Shown: piece after piece, positions 27,354 to 34,815 of the stretch | Layout of the letters: each line of letters opens with the position of its first letter | How positions within the stretch are numbered: the stretch's first letter is position 1 | NCBI GenBank assembly: GCA_041488455.1 | Contig: JBGPPG010000002.1 | Span: 8,662-72,661, forward strand | Direction of reading: 5' to 3' | Source: Gemmatimonadota bacterium | Lineage (GTDB): Bacteria > Gemmatimonadota > Gemmatimonadetes > Gemmatimonadales > GWC2-71-9 | Length of the DNA: 64,000 bases | The notes under the pieces: model-generated | Database searches by the model: none | What the model was told of the DNA's origin: nothing | Seen by the model: the letters and a program-made list of their open reading frames with translations, nothing else | Translations under genes and position numbers: made by a program

Positions 27354-28610
27354 TCACGGTCGCGTCCGCCCCAGATACCAGGCGACCCCTGCCACGATCA
27401 GGCAGCACGCCGCGCCGCCCAGCCCGATGGAATAGCGCACGCCGAGGTGCTCCGCCACGATGCCAGCCTGGAACGAGCCGATCGGCGCCAGTCCGAGGAC
27501 CAGGAACGAGTAGACGCCCATCACCCGGCCGCGGAGATGGTCCGGCGCCTGGATCTGGAGCAGCGTGTTCCCTAGGATCCCGTTGGCCGCCATCGTCCAC
27601 CCTGCGAGCGTGAACAGGCCGAGTGATGCCGAGAAGCTCGACACCACCGCGATGCAGGCCAGCGTGGCGCCGAAGAGCGATGACGCGGCGATCAGCAGCC
27701 GCTCCTTCCGGTACCGCTTCCCGAACCCGGCCAGGCCCAGCGCTCCAGCCGCCGCGCCGACGCCGATCGCCGAGACCAGCGCGGCGTATCCCGACGCTCC
27801 GACCTTGAGCACGTCGCGGGCGAAGACCGGGGCCATGATCATGAAGGGGAACCCGAAGATGGCGAAGCCCGCGATGAGCACCACCAGCGCGCGGGGCCAC
27901 CGGTTGTCCAGCACGTAGCGGAAGCCCTCTTTCATCGCGGCGAGTGCGTTCGGGCGGGAGCCCGACGCGGGCGGCGCGGTCCGCATCATGACCAGGCTGG
28001 CCACGACGGCGAGGTAGCTCGCGGCGTTGGCGAAGAAGCAGGCCGCCAGCCCGAACGCCGCGATCAGGGCCCCGGCCACCGCGGGGCCGATCACGCGCGC
28101 CACGTTGAACCCCATCGAGCTGAGGGCCAGCGCATTCATCAGATCTTCCCGCTCCACCAGATCTACCACCAGCGCCTGGCGGGTCGGCACCTCGAACGCC
28201 GAGAGCAGCCCCGCGAACACGGCGAGCGCCATGATCCAGTGGACCGTGATCCAGTGGAACACCGTCAGGATGGCGAGGGCGAGGGCCTCGAGCAGCATCA
28301 GAGACTGGAGCAGCAGGACGAACCGCCGCTTGTCCACCCGGTCGGCCACGACACCCCCATAGAGCGTGAGTAGCAGGATCGGAAGCGAGCCGAGCGTCGT
28401 CACCAGCCCGACTGCGAACGGCGAGTTCGTCAGCTCGAGCACCAGCCAGCCGAGGGCTACCTGCTGCATCAGCGTGCCGCAGAGCGACACGAACTGACCG
28501 ATGAGAAAGAGGCGGAAGTTCCGGTGGCGGAGGGCGGCGAAGGTGGAGCGGAGCCGGAGAGCGGCGGCCCTGGGCAGGGCGGACGCGGCGGCGGTTATGG
28601 CGATGGACAC
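27354..28610 (-). CDS. MFS transporter (EntS/MFS_3-like)
   Basis: LRHRNFRLFLIGQFVSLCGTLMQQVALGWLVL and about 12 predicted TM segments. Start placed at GTG 28610, because the track's N-terminal extension translates the heptamer repeats (PFTVHC...LPFTVYC). Confidence 0.8.
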   Translation of the reverse strand: MSIAITAAASALPRAAALRLRSTFAALRHRNFRLFLIGQFVSLCGTLMQQVALGWLVLELTNSPFAVGLVTTLGSLPILLLTLYGGVVADRVDKRRFVLLLQSLMLLEALALAILTVFHWITVHWIMALAVFAGLLSAFEVPTRQALVVDLVEREDLMNALALSSMGFNVARVIGPAVAGALIAAFGLAACFFANAASYLAVVASLVMMRTAPPASGSRPNALAAMKEGFRYVLDNRWPRALVVLIAGFAIFGFPFMIMAPVFARDVLKVGASGYAALVSAIGVGAAAGALGLAGFGKRYRKERLLIAASSLFGATLACIAVVSSFSASLGLFTLAGWTMAANGILGNTLLQIQAPDHLRGRVMGVYSFLVLGLAPIGSFQAGIVAEHLGVRYSIGLGGAACCLIVAGVAWYLGRTRP

Positions 28611-28619
28611 CGGACAACA

Positions 28620-28701
28620 GTAAACGGTGAACGGTAAACAGTGAACAGGGCCACGGCAGTGAACCGTGAACGGTAAGCGGTGAACAGGGGGTCCGGCCCC
28701 C
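28620..28701 (+). repeat. heptamer array, GTGAACA flavour, two direct blocks of four units plus a G5/C5 mini-hairpin
   Basis: Block 1: GTAAACG GTGAACG GTAAACA GTGAACA GGG. An 11-nt linker. Block 2: GTGAACC GTGAACG GTAAGCG GTGAACA. Then GGGGGTCCGGCCCCC. All units share the same orientation. Located between divergent gene starts. Confidence 0.85.
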
Positions 28702-28808
28702 AGAGGGTCCGCGTTGAACCTTCCGGGGATCGGGGGTAGCATTGAGAAGGCAGGGGATGCCTCCAATGCCCCGTGTTCGCGGTTCTACTCACCGTCCACC
28801 TCTCGGCC

Positions 28809-30098
28809 ATGCGCTTCACCACGTACTCCAAGTTCGTCCCCGAGCTGGCTGACGCCGTCAATCTCCAGGGTCTGCTCGACCAGCTGAGCGACTTCCTCCT
28901 CCAGTCCGGCTTCGCCGGGCAGGGCCAGTCGTTCTGGCAAGACGAGATGGAAGACGGGGACCGCTCGCTGGAGGCGCTCAAGCAGGCCGTGCTCAAGGCG
29001 CTGATGGACTCCGGCCAGCTCACCCCGGAGATGCTCAAGGTCCTTCGGGGCGAGGGCACCGGCGACCCGGAGCGCGACAAGGAGATCGAGCGGCAGCTGG
29101 GCGAGCTGCTGGACCGGATCGTACAGCGGCTGATCGACGAGGGGTACCTGAACGTCACCCAAGCGCCCCAGGTGCCGGGGGGGTACCAGTCCATGTTCGG
29201 CCCGGGCGGCAAGGCCCAGTCCGCCGCCCAGCAGGTGCAGTTCAACCTGACCGAGAAGGGCATCGATTTCCTCGGCTACAAGACCCTCAAGAACCTGCTC
29301 GGGAGCGTGGGCAAGTCGAGCTTCGGAGCTCACGAGACCCCGTATCTCGCCACCGGCGTCGAGACCGAGGGAACCAGCAAGCCGTACGAGTTCGGCGACG
29401 TGCTCAACCTCGACGTCCCCGCCACACTCGGCAGCGCCATCGCGCGCGAGGGGCTGGGCGTCCCGCTCAATCTCGAGTACGAAGATCTGATGGTGAGCCA
29501 GGCCGAGTACCGCTCGTCCTCCGCGACCGTGCTCATGCTCGACTGCTCCCACTCGATGATCCTCTACGGCGAGGACCGCTTCACCCCGGCCAAGAAGGTG
29601 GCCCTCGCCCTGACCCACCTGATCCGCACCCAGTTCCCGGGAGACAGTCTCCGCGTCGTTCTCTTCCACGACTCGGCCGAGGAGATTCCGCTCAGCGCCC
29701 TCGCCGCGGCGCAGGTCGGTCCCTACCACACCAACACCGCCGAGGGGCTCAAGCTGGCCCGCCGCATCCTGCTGGGCCAGAAGAAGGACATGCGCCAGAT
29801 CATCATGATCACGGACGGCAAGCCGTCCGCGCTCACCATGCCCGACGGCCGGATCTACGTGAACTCGATGGGGCTCGACCCGCAGATCCTGGCCGCCACC
29901 TACCGCGAGGTCGCCAACTGCCGGCGCAGCGGCATCATGATCAACACATTCATGCTGGCGCGCGACCGGAGCCTGGTGGAGTTCGTCAAGCAGGTGGCGG
30001 CCATCTGCAAGGGGAAGGCGTACTTCACCAATACGATGACGCTCGGACAGTTCATTCTCATGGACTTCATGAAGCGGAAGACGCGGAGAGTGAGCTGA
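28809..30098 (+). CDS. von Willebrand factor type A (vWA) domain protein with MIDAS motif
   Basis: Start at MRFTTYSKF (ATG 28809). MIDAS DxSxS in [14 protein letters not shown]-terminal vWA fold signature ([11 protein letters not shown]). Confidence 0.8.
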   Translation: MRFTTYSKFVPELADAVNLQGLLDQLSDFLLQSGFAGQGQSFWQDEMEDGDRSLEALKQAVLKALMDSGQLTPEMLKVLRGEGTGDPERDKEIERQLGELLDRIVQRLIDEGYLNVTQAPQVPGGYQSMFGPGGKAQSAAQQVQFNLTEKGIDFLGYKTLKNLLGSVGKSSFGAHETPYLATGVETEGTSKPYEFGDVLNLDVPATLGSAIAREGLGVPLNLEYEDLMVSQAEYRSSSATVLMLDCSHSMILYGEDRFTPAKKVALALTHLIRTQFPGDSLRVVLFHDSAEEIPLSALAAAQVGPYHTNTAEGLKLARRILLGQKKDMRQIIMITDGKPSALTMPDGRIYVNSMGLDPQILAATYREVANCRRSGIMINTFMLARDRSLVEFVKQVAAICKGKAYFTNTMTLGQFILMDFMKRKTRRVS

Positions 30099-30796
30099 CC
30101 CAGTCGACCGCCCGGGAGCTGGCCGCGCTCGAGCGGGCGATCGTAAGCTGTGAACGCTGTCCCCGCCTGGTCGCGTACCGACAGCGGGTGGCCCGCACCA
30201 AGAAGCGGGAATTCCAGGACTGGACCTATTGGGGACGGCCGGTGCCCGCGTTTGGCGACCCCCGAGCGCGGCTCCTGATCGTGGGTCTCGCGCCCGCCGC
30301 GCACGGCGCCAACCGCACCGGGCGGATGTTCACCGGCGACTCCAGCGGCGACTGGCTCTACGACGCGCTGCACCGCTACGGCTTTGCCGATCGAGCCGAG
30401 TCCCGGAGCTGGGACGACGGCCTCACGCTCACCGGCTGCTGGATCACCGCCGCTGCCCGCTGCGCTCCCCCCGACAACAAGCCCACCCGCGAAGAGCTGG
30501 TCCGCTGCCGGCCCTACCTCGAGCGCGAGGTTGGGCTCCTTAGCTCGGTGAAGGTCGTGCTGGCGCTCGGCCGCGTGGCCTGGGAGACCTGGCTCCGCGC
30601 GAGCGGATGGTGGGAGCGGCTTCCGCCGGCCAAGCGGCCCCCGTTTTCGCACGGTGCCGAGACGACGCTGCCCGACGGGCGGATCCTGCTGGTTTCCTAC
30701 CACCCGAGCCGGCAGAACACCAACACCGGGAAGCTCACCCGGGAGATGTGGTATGGGATATTCGAGCGGGCGAGGGAGCTGGTGGGAACGGCGTGA
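30095..30796 (+). CDS. uracil-DNA glycosylase, family 5 (UDGb-like) / family 4-5 Fe-S UDG
   Basis: Motif GLAPAAHGANRTGRMFTGD (the GLAPA variant typical of family 5). The C-terminal HPS motif (SYHPSRQN). The N-terminal CERCPRL Cys pair lies upstream of the first canonical start (GTG 30188), so the start is tentatively placed at CTG 30095. Confidence 0.7.
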   Translation: MTQSTARELAALERAIVSCERCPRLVAYRQRVARTKKREFQDWTYWGRPVPAFGDPRARLLIVGLAPAAHGANRTGRMFTGDSSGDWLYDALHRYGFADRAESRSWDDGLTLTGCWITAAARCAPPDNKPTREELVRCRPYLEREVGLLSSVKVVLALGRVAWETWLRASGWWERLPPAKRPPFSHGAETTLPDGRILLVSYHPSRQNTNTGKLTREMWYGIFERARELVGTA

Positions 30797-30850
30797 AAAG
30801 TGAGAAGGGAGAAGGCGGGTCCTCTCCCTTCTCACCTCTCACTTCTCACT
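30793..30850. repeat. heptamer-array hairpin element, GTGAGAA flavour
   Basis: Left arm: GTGAAAA GTGAGAA GGGAGAA. Centre: GGCGGGTCC. Right arm: TCTCCCT TCTCACC TCTCACT TCTCACT. The UDG stop (TGA 30794-30796) and the M48 gene stop (30846-30848, minus) both lie inside terminal units. Confidence 0.88.
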
Positions 30851-32306
30851 TCCCGCCCGCCACCACCCGCTTGTATTGCCGTCCCGGCCGCAGCGTGGCG
30901 TCCGGACCGTCCAGCCCGTTGATCAGCGCCACCTCCTCGATCTTCACCGTCGAGGGGTACCGCTGGTGGAACTGCGTGAGCGTCATCTCCTGGTCCACCT
31001 TCACCAGATCGATCCGCGCCGGGCGCACGTTGAGCGCCGCGGGGTCCTTGAGCTCGCGGAAGCTCCCGGCAGTCGTCCGGAAAGCCTGGTCGTACGCCTT
31101 GAGACCGCCGGCGCCCGTGTACCCCAGGATGCCGTAGGTGTTCCCGGCGTGTGAGACAAAGGTCACCAGGCCCTCCACCTGCCCCTGCTCCGTCTGGGCA
31201 GCGAAGTAGCTCGACGCCGCCGGCAGCCCATTGATGGACTGCGTCGTTCCCTGGCCGGCCTGTACGCCTTGCTGCGAGAGGAACTGACGCGCGGCGTCCG
31301 CCGGGGCGGTCTTTCCCGCGAGCTGGAGCTGGATTATCGCGTCCTGGTTCGGGCTCGCGCCCACCACGGCATCGGCCGTGTTCTGCGTCTTCCAGCCGTC
31401 GGGAAACTGGAGCTGGAAGCGGAGATCCGGGTGGAGGAACGCGGGGCCCTGGAAGAACCCCTGCCGCGGATCCTCGCCGTAGACCATCCCGTCGATCCGC
31501 TGGAGGTACTCGTCCCGCAGAACAACCGCGTTGCTCAAGTCCTTGTGCAGGGTGTCCAGACGGCCCTCGGTGGTCTTGATCCGGTTGCCGGGATCGGGGT
31601 GGGTCGAGAGCCACTCCGGCACCCGCCCCCGCCCGCCGCCGCCGCTCAGCTGGCTCAGGGCCTGGAGCGTCTGGAACATGTTGATCATCTGCCGGACGTC
31701 GTACCCCTGGTTCAACGCATAGCGGAAGCCCGCCAGGTCGGCCTCGTTCTCCGCGTCCCGCCCGTACTTGAGGAACAGGACGCCAAGCCCCTGGCCGAAC
31801 GCGCCACTGAGCTGGGCCACGGTGGAGTTCAGAATTGAGCCGACCCCAAGCCCGATCTGGGCGATCTGGGCCCGGGAGATCTGCTGCACCGAGTGCCGGT
31901 TGGTCACGTGTCCGATCTCGTGCCCGACCACGGTGGCGAGCTCCGCCTCGTTGGTGATGGACGTCATGAGCCCGCGGGTCACGAAGATGAACCCGCCTGG
32001 CAGCGCGAACGCGTTGACCGCGGCGTCGTTGACGATGTGGAACTCCCAGGGGAGCTGGGGCCGCTCGGAGGCCGCGGCCATCTTCATGCCGATGCCCGCC
32101 ACGTAGGCCTGGATCGCCGCGTCATTGTAGTACCCGATGCTCTGGGCAACGCTCTGGGCGTTCTGCCGGCCCATGTCGATCTCCTGGGCCTCGGACACCA
32201 GGGAGAGCTCGCTCTTGCCGGTGACGGGGTTGACGGCGCACCCCAGCGCCCCGCCGGCGCCGAGCGAAAGACAGATGAGAGCGGTTAGTCGATGCATTGG
32301 CAGCAT
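30846..32306 (-). CDS. M48 family metallopeptidase lipoprotein (BepA/YcaL-like)
   Basis: Signal peptide plus lipobox (LSLGAGGALGCAV). HExxH in VVGHEIGHV. The second ATG at 32297 has a better-spaced GAGGA and may be the real start. Confidence 0.85.
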   Translation of the reverse strand: MLPMHRLTALICLSLGAGGALGCAVNPVTGKSELSLVSEAQEIDMGRQNAQSVAQSIGYYNDAAIQAYVAGIGMKMAAASERPQLPWEFHIVNDAAVNAFALPGGFIFVTRGLMTSITNEAELATVVGHEIGHVTNRHSVQQISRAQIAQIGLGVGSILNSTVAQLSGAFGQGLGVLFLKYGRDAENEADLAGFRYALNQGYDVRQMINMFQTLQALSQLSGGGGRGRVPEWLSTHPDPGNRIKTTEGRLDTLHKDLSNAVVLRDEYLQRIDGMVYGEDPRQGFFQGPAFLHPDLRFQLQFPDGWKTQNTADAVVGASPNQDAIIQLQLAGKTAPADAARQFLSQQGVQAGQGTTQSINGLPAASSYFAAQTEQGQVEGLVTFVSHAGNTYGILGYTGAGGLKAYDQAFRTTAGSFRELKDPAALNVRPARIDLVKVDQEMTLTQFHQRYPSTVKIEEVALINGLDGPDATLRPGRQYKRVVAGGK

Positions 32307-32342
32307 CCTCGCAACGATTGATCCGAGAATCTACATCAAGAA

Positions 32343-32371
32343 GGGCCGGAGGACTCTAGGTCCTCCGGCCC
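32343..32371 (-). terminator. strong hairpin terminator candidate at the end of the tad operon
   Basis: Perfect 12-bp stem GGGCCGGAGGAC / GTCCTCCGGCCC with a 5-nt loop, 27 nt after the stop at 32398. Followed on the minus strand by CTTCTTGATG. Confidence 0.6.
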
Positions 32372-32397
32372 GGTCCCGCCTGCCCCCTGGGAAATGG

Positions 32398-33117
32398 TCA
32401 GCGCTTGCGCTTGGGGGGGGCGGTGTGCGCCTTGGCAGCCGCGTCCGAGTCGGACGGCTCGGCCGCCGCGCTCTCGGTCACCGCCGGCGCCGGGGCCTGG
32501 GCCGTCTCGTTCAGCCGGTCGGCGAGGGTGAAGGTGCTGCGGCCCGCGGCGTCCACGCCCAGTCCGGCCCGGGTAGAGCCCGCCCGGTCGGCGAACACGA
32601 TGTTGGCGGCGCCGTCCGGAGAGATCCCCAGTACCGTTCGGGTCTTCCCCATTTCGTCCGCGAACGCCATCGAGCCGCTCTGGTCCGGCAGCAGCGCGAA
32701 CACCGCGCGCGGACGCCCGGCCACATCCGAGAACGAGACGCCGGAGGTCCCGTCCTGGAGCAGACTGAGCTTGACCCGAGGCCGGCCGGCGGAATCCTGG
32801 AGCACCAGCCGCACGGCGCTGTCGTCGCCGATCCCCCATGCGCCGCGAACGGTGCCGACCGCGTCCCGGAGAATGAACCGGCGGGCGGCGACCTCCTCGG
32901 CGACGCTGCCGGGAGCCCCGTGCCGGCCGCTGGCCCACACCAGTGCCACGATGAGCCCGAGCAGCACCGCCAGGCCCATGAACGCGTACGAGCTGTATCG
33001 GCGCAGCCGGCGATTTTCCCGCTCCAGCGCCTCCAGCCGGTGAAGGAATACGACCTCGGGGCGGTGCCGCGCCTGCTCTTCCGGAGTGGGGACGTGGGGG
33101 CCCGGCGTGCCGGTCAC
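32398..33117 (-). CDS. single-pass membrane protein with five ~22-aa beta-hairpin-like repeats (uncharacterised)
   Basis: GTG 33117 in a GTGA overlap with the upstream ATPase stop, with AGGAGG 4 nt upstream. TM segment YAFMGLAVLLGLIVALVWA. Repeats of the pattern h-x-h-x-D-x-x-G-x-x-R (see finding). The track ORF extends to 33342 as an artefact. Confidence 0.65.
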   Translation of the reverse strand: MTGTPGPHVPTPEEQARHRPEVVFLHRLEALERENRRLRRYSSYAFMGLAVLLGLIVALVWASGRHGAPGSVAEEVAARRFILRDAVGTVRGAWGIGDDSAVRLVLQDSAGRPRVKLSLLQDGTSGVSFSDVAGRPRAVFALLPDQSGSMAFADEMGKTRTVLGISPDGAANIVFADRAGSTRAGLGVDAAGRSTFTLADRLNETAQAPAPAVTESAAAEPSDSDAAAKAHTAPPKRKR

Positions 33118-34454
33118 GAGTCCTCCTGCGGGGCATCGAGGAAGTAGGAGTTGCACGCCCGCTCGAGCAGGTCCGGCGTGAGCCGGGCCGGCGCGTCGAC
33201 GTACCGGACCAGGTCGAGAAAGTGGTCCAGCACGTCTCGTGGGTGGCAGTTGCGGGGAGTGATCCCGCGGGTCCCGTAATAATGCTCGTACAGCTGCGGC
33301 ACCGCCCAATCCTCGAACGGAATCTCCCGCTCGGCGCAGCACCGGCGGAAGATCTCCTCGTACGATTCCTCCGTCGGGCCGAGCACGTGCAGCTTGTAGT
33401 GAATCCGGCGGAGGAACGCCTCTTCCACCAGCTCGTGGGGCGAGAGATTGGTCGAGAAAATCAGCAGCGAGTCGAACGGCACCGGGAACTTGCTCCCGGT
33501 GTGCAGCGACAGATAGTCGATCCGCTTCTCGAGCGGCACGATCCAGCGGTTGAGCAGATCGCGCGGCGCGGTGCGCTGCCGCCCGAAGTCGTCGAGGATC
33601 AGCACGCCGCCGTTCGCCTTCAGCTGGAACGGGGCCTGGTACATCTTGGCGTACGCGTCGAACTGCAGGTCGAGCTGGTCTAGTGTCAGCTCACCGCCGG
33701 TGATCACCACCGGCCGCCGGACCAGCACGTAGCGGCGGTCGTGCTCGGGCACGTGCTTGAGCCAGGTCGGCCCGTCGCCGTCGGGTTCCGGGTCGATTTC
33801 CGCCACCTCGTGGTGGTAGACCGGGTCGTAGAGCACGAGGATCTGCCCCTCGACCTCGAGCGCGTACGGGATGTACAGGTTCCCGCCCAGCAGCCCCGAG
33901 ATCGTCTCGGCGATGAGCGTCTTGCCGTTACCGGGGCCACCGTACAGAAACAGTGACTTGGCCGAGTTGATCGCGGGGCCGAGCATCTCGAGCACCGGAT
34001 CGCCGATCACCATCTGCCGGAACCCCACCCGCACTTCCTCCCGCGTCACGTGCACCCGCGAGATCGACTGGTAGTGGCACCACTCGCGGTACTGCTCCAG
34101 CGGCACCGGGGCCGGGCCGACGTACTGGCTCGACTCGAGCGCCTCTCGAGCGCGGGTGCGGCCCTCGCCCGTGAGGTCGAACATGTAGCCGCCCCGCCCG
34201 GCGCCGCGGCTGCCCCGCACTTCGACCAGCCGCCGCTGCTGGAGGGCCAGGAGCTGCTCGTCCAGGAAGGGGAACGGCAGCTTGATCGTCTCCATCAGCT
34301 GCTGGCCGGTGCGTGGGCCCTGGAGGTACAGCGTCTTGAGCATCAGGTCCACGACGAACTCGGCCGAGAGCCCCGTTTCGGCCAGGGTCTCGGGCAGCGG
34401 CGGCCGGAGCGGCTCCCCGGCGCGTCCTGCCTTGGGTGCGGTCGTGGCGGTCAC
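33114..34454 (-). CDS. orphan AAA+ ATPase with N-terminal winged-helix-like domain (uncharacterised)
   Basis: Walker A LYGGPGNGKTL. Walker B GVLILDDFGRQ. Start preferred at GTG 34454 (GTGA overlap with the DUF192 stop, GAGGAGG 7 nt upstream) rather than the track start at 34475. Confidence 0.75.
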   Translation of the reverse strand: MTATTAPKAGRAGEPLRPPLPETLAETGLSAEFVVDLMLKTLYLQGPRTGQQLMETIKLPFPFLDEQLLALQQRRLVEVRGSRGAGRGGYMFDLTGEGRTRAREALESSQYVGPAPVPLEQYREWCHYQSISRVHVTREEVRVGFRQMVIGDPVLEMLGPAINSAKSLFLYGGPGNGKTLIAETISGLLGGNLYIPYALEVEGQILVLYDPVYHHEVAEIDPEPDGDGPTWLKHVPEHDRRYVLVRRPVVITGGELTLDQLDLQFDAYAKMYQAPFQLKANGGVLILDDFGRQRTAPRDLLNRWIVPLEKRIDYLSLHTGSKFPVPFDSLLIFSTNLSPHELVEEAFLRRIHYKLHVLGPTEESYEEIFRRCCAEREIPFEDWAVPQLYEHYYGTRGITPRNCHPRDVLDHFLDLVRYVDAPARLTPDLLERACNSYFLDAPQEDS

Positions 34455-34813
34455 GGGCGTGCCTCCTCGGTCCACACGATGTGATCACCTTCGCGCGTGC
34501 CGCTCACGGCAAGCGTACCCGCCGGCAGCTCCAGCGCGGCGGCCGCCCCGCGGTGCCACCCAGTACGGGCGCCGGGCCGGAGGTCCGTATAGGCCGCGAC
34601 GACGGTGCCGTCCCGGTCGAGGAAAGCCACGTCCAGCGCGAACCGCATCCCCAGCATATGCACGGCCCGGCACGGCTCCAGCAGCAGCCCCTCTCCGGGC
34701 TCCAGCCGCTGCCGTCCCAGCAATCCCTTGAAGCGCGACCACCAGCCGTCGGCGACGGCGATCCGGTCGCCAAGGACCGGCCCTCGGTGGTTCGTGGCCC
34801 GCAGGACGCGCAT
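34451..34813 (-). CDS. DUF192 family protein
   Basis: 120 aa: MRVLRATNHRGPVLGDRIAVADGWWSRFKGLLGR...GLLLEPCRAVHMLGMRFALDVAFLD, matching the DUF192 pattern. ATG lies 2 nt after the tadC stop. Confidence 0.75.
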   Translation of the reverse strand: MRVLRATNHRGPVLGDRIAVADGWWSRFKGLLGRQRLEPGEGLLLEPCRAVHMLGMRFALDVAFLDRDGTVVAAYTDLRPGARTGWHRGAAAALELPAGTLAVSGTREGDHIVWTEEARP

Positions 34814-34815
34814 GC

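Noticed and set aside
26642-27613. 323-aa plus-strand ORF starting inside the repeat element
   Set aside because: Its N-terminus is a translation of the heptamer repeats (PFTVYCLPFTSLFTVC) and the rest is antisense to the cytidylate-kinase-like and MFS genes.
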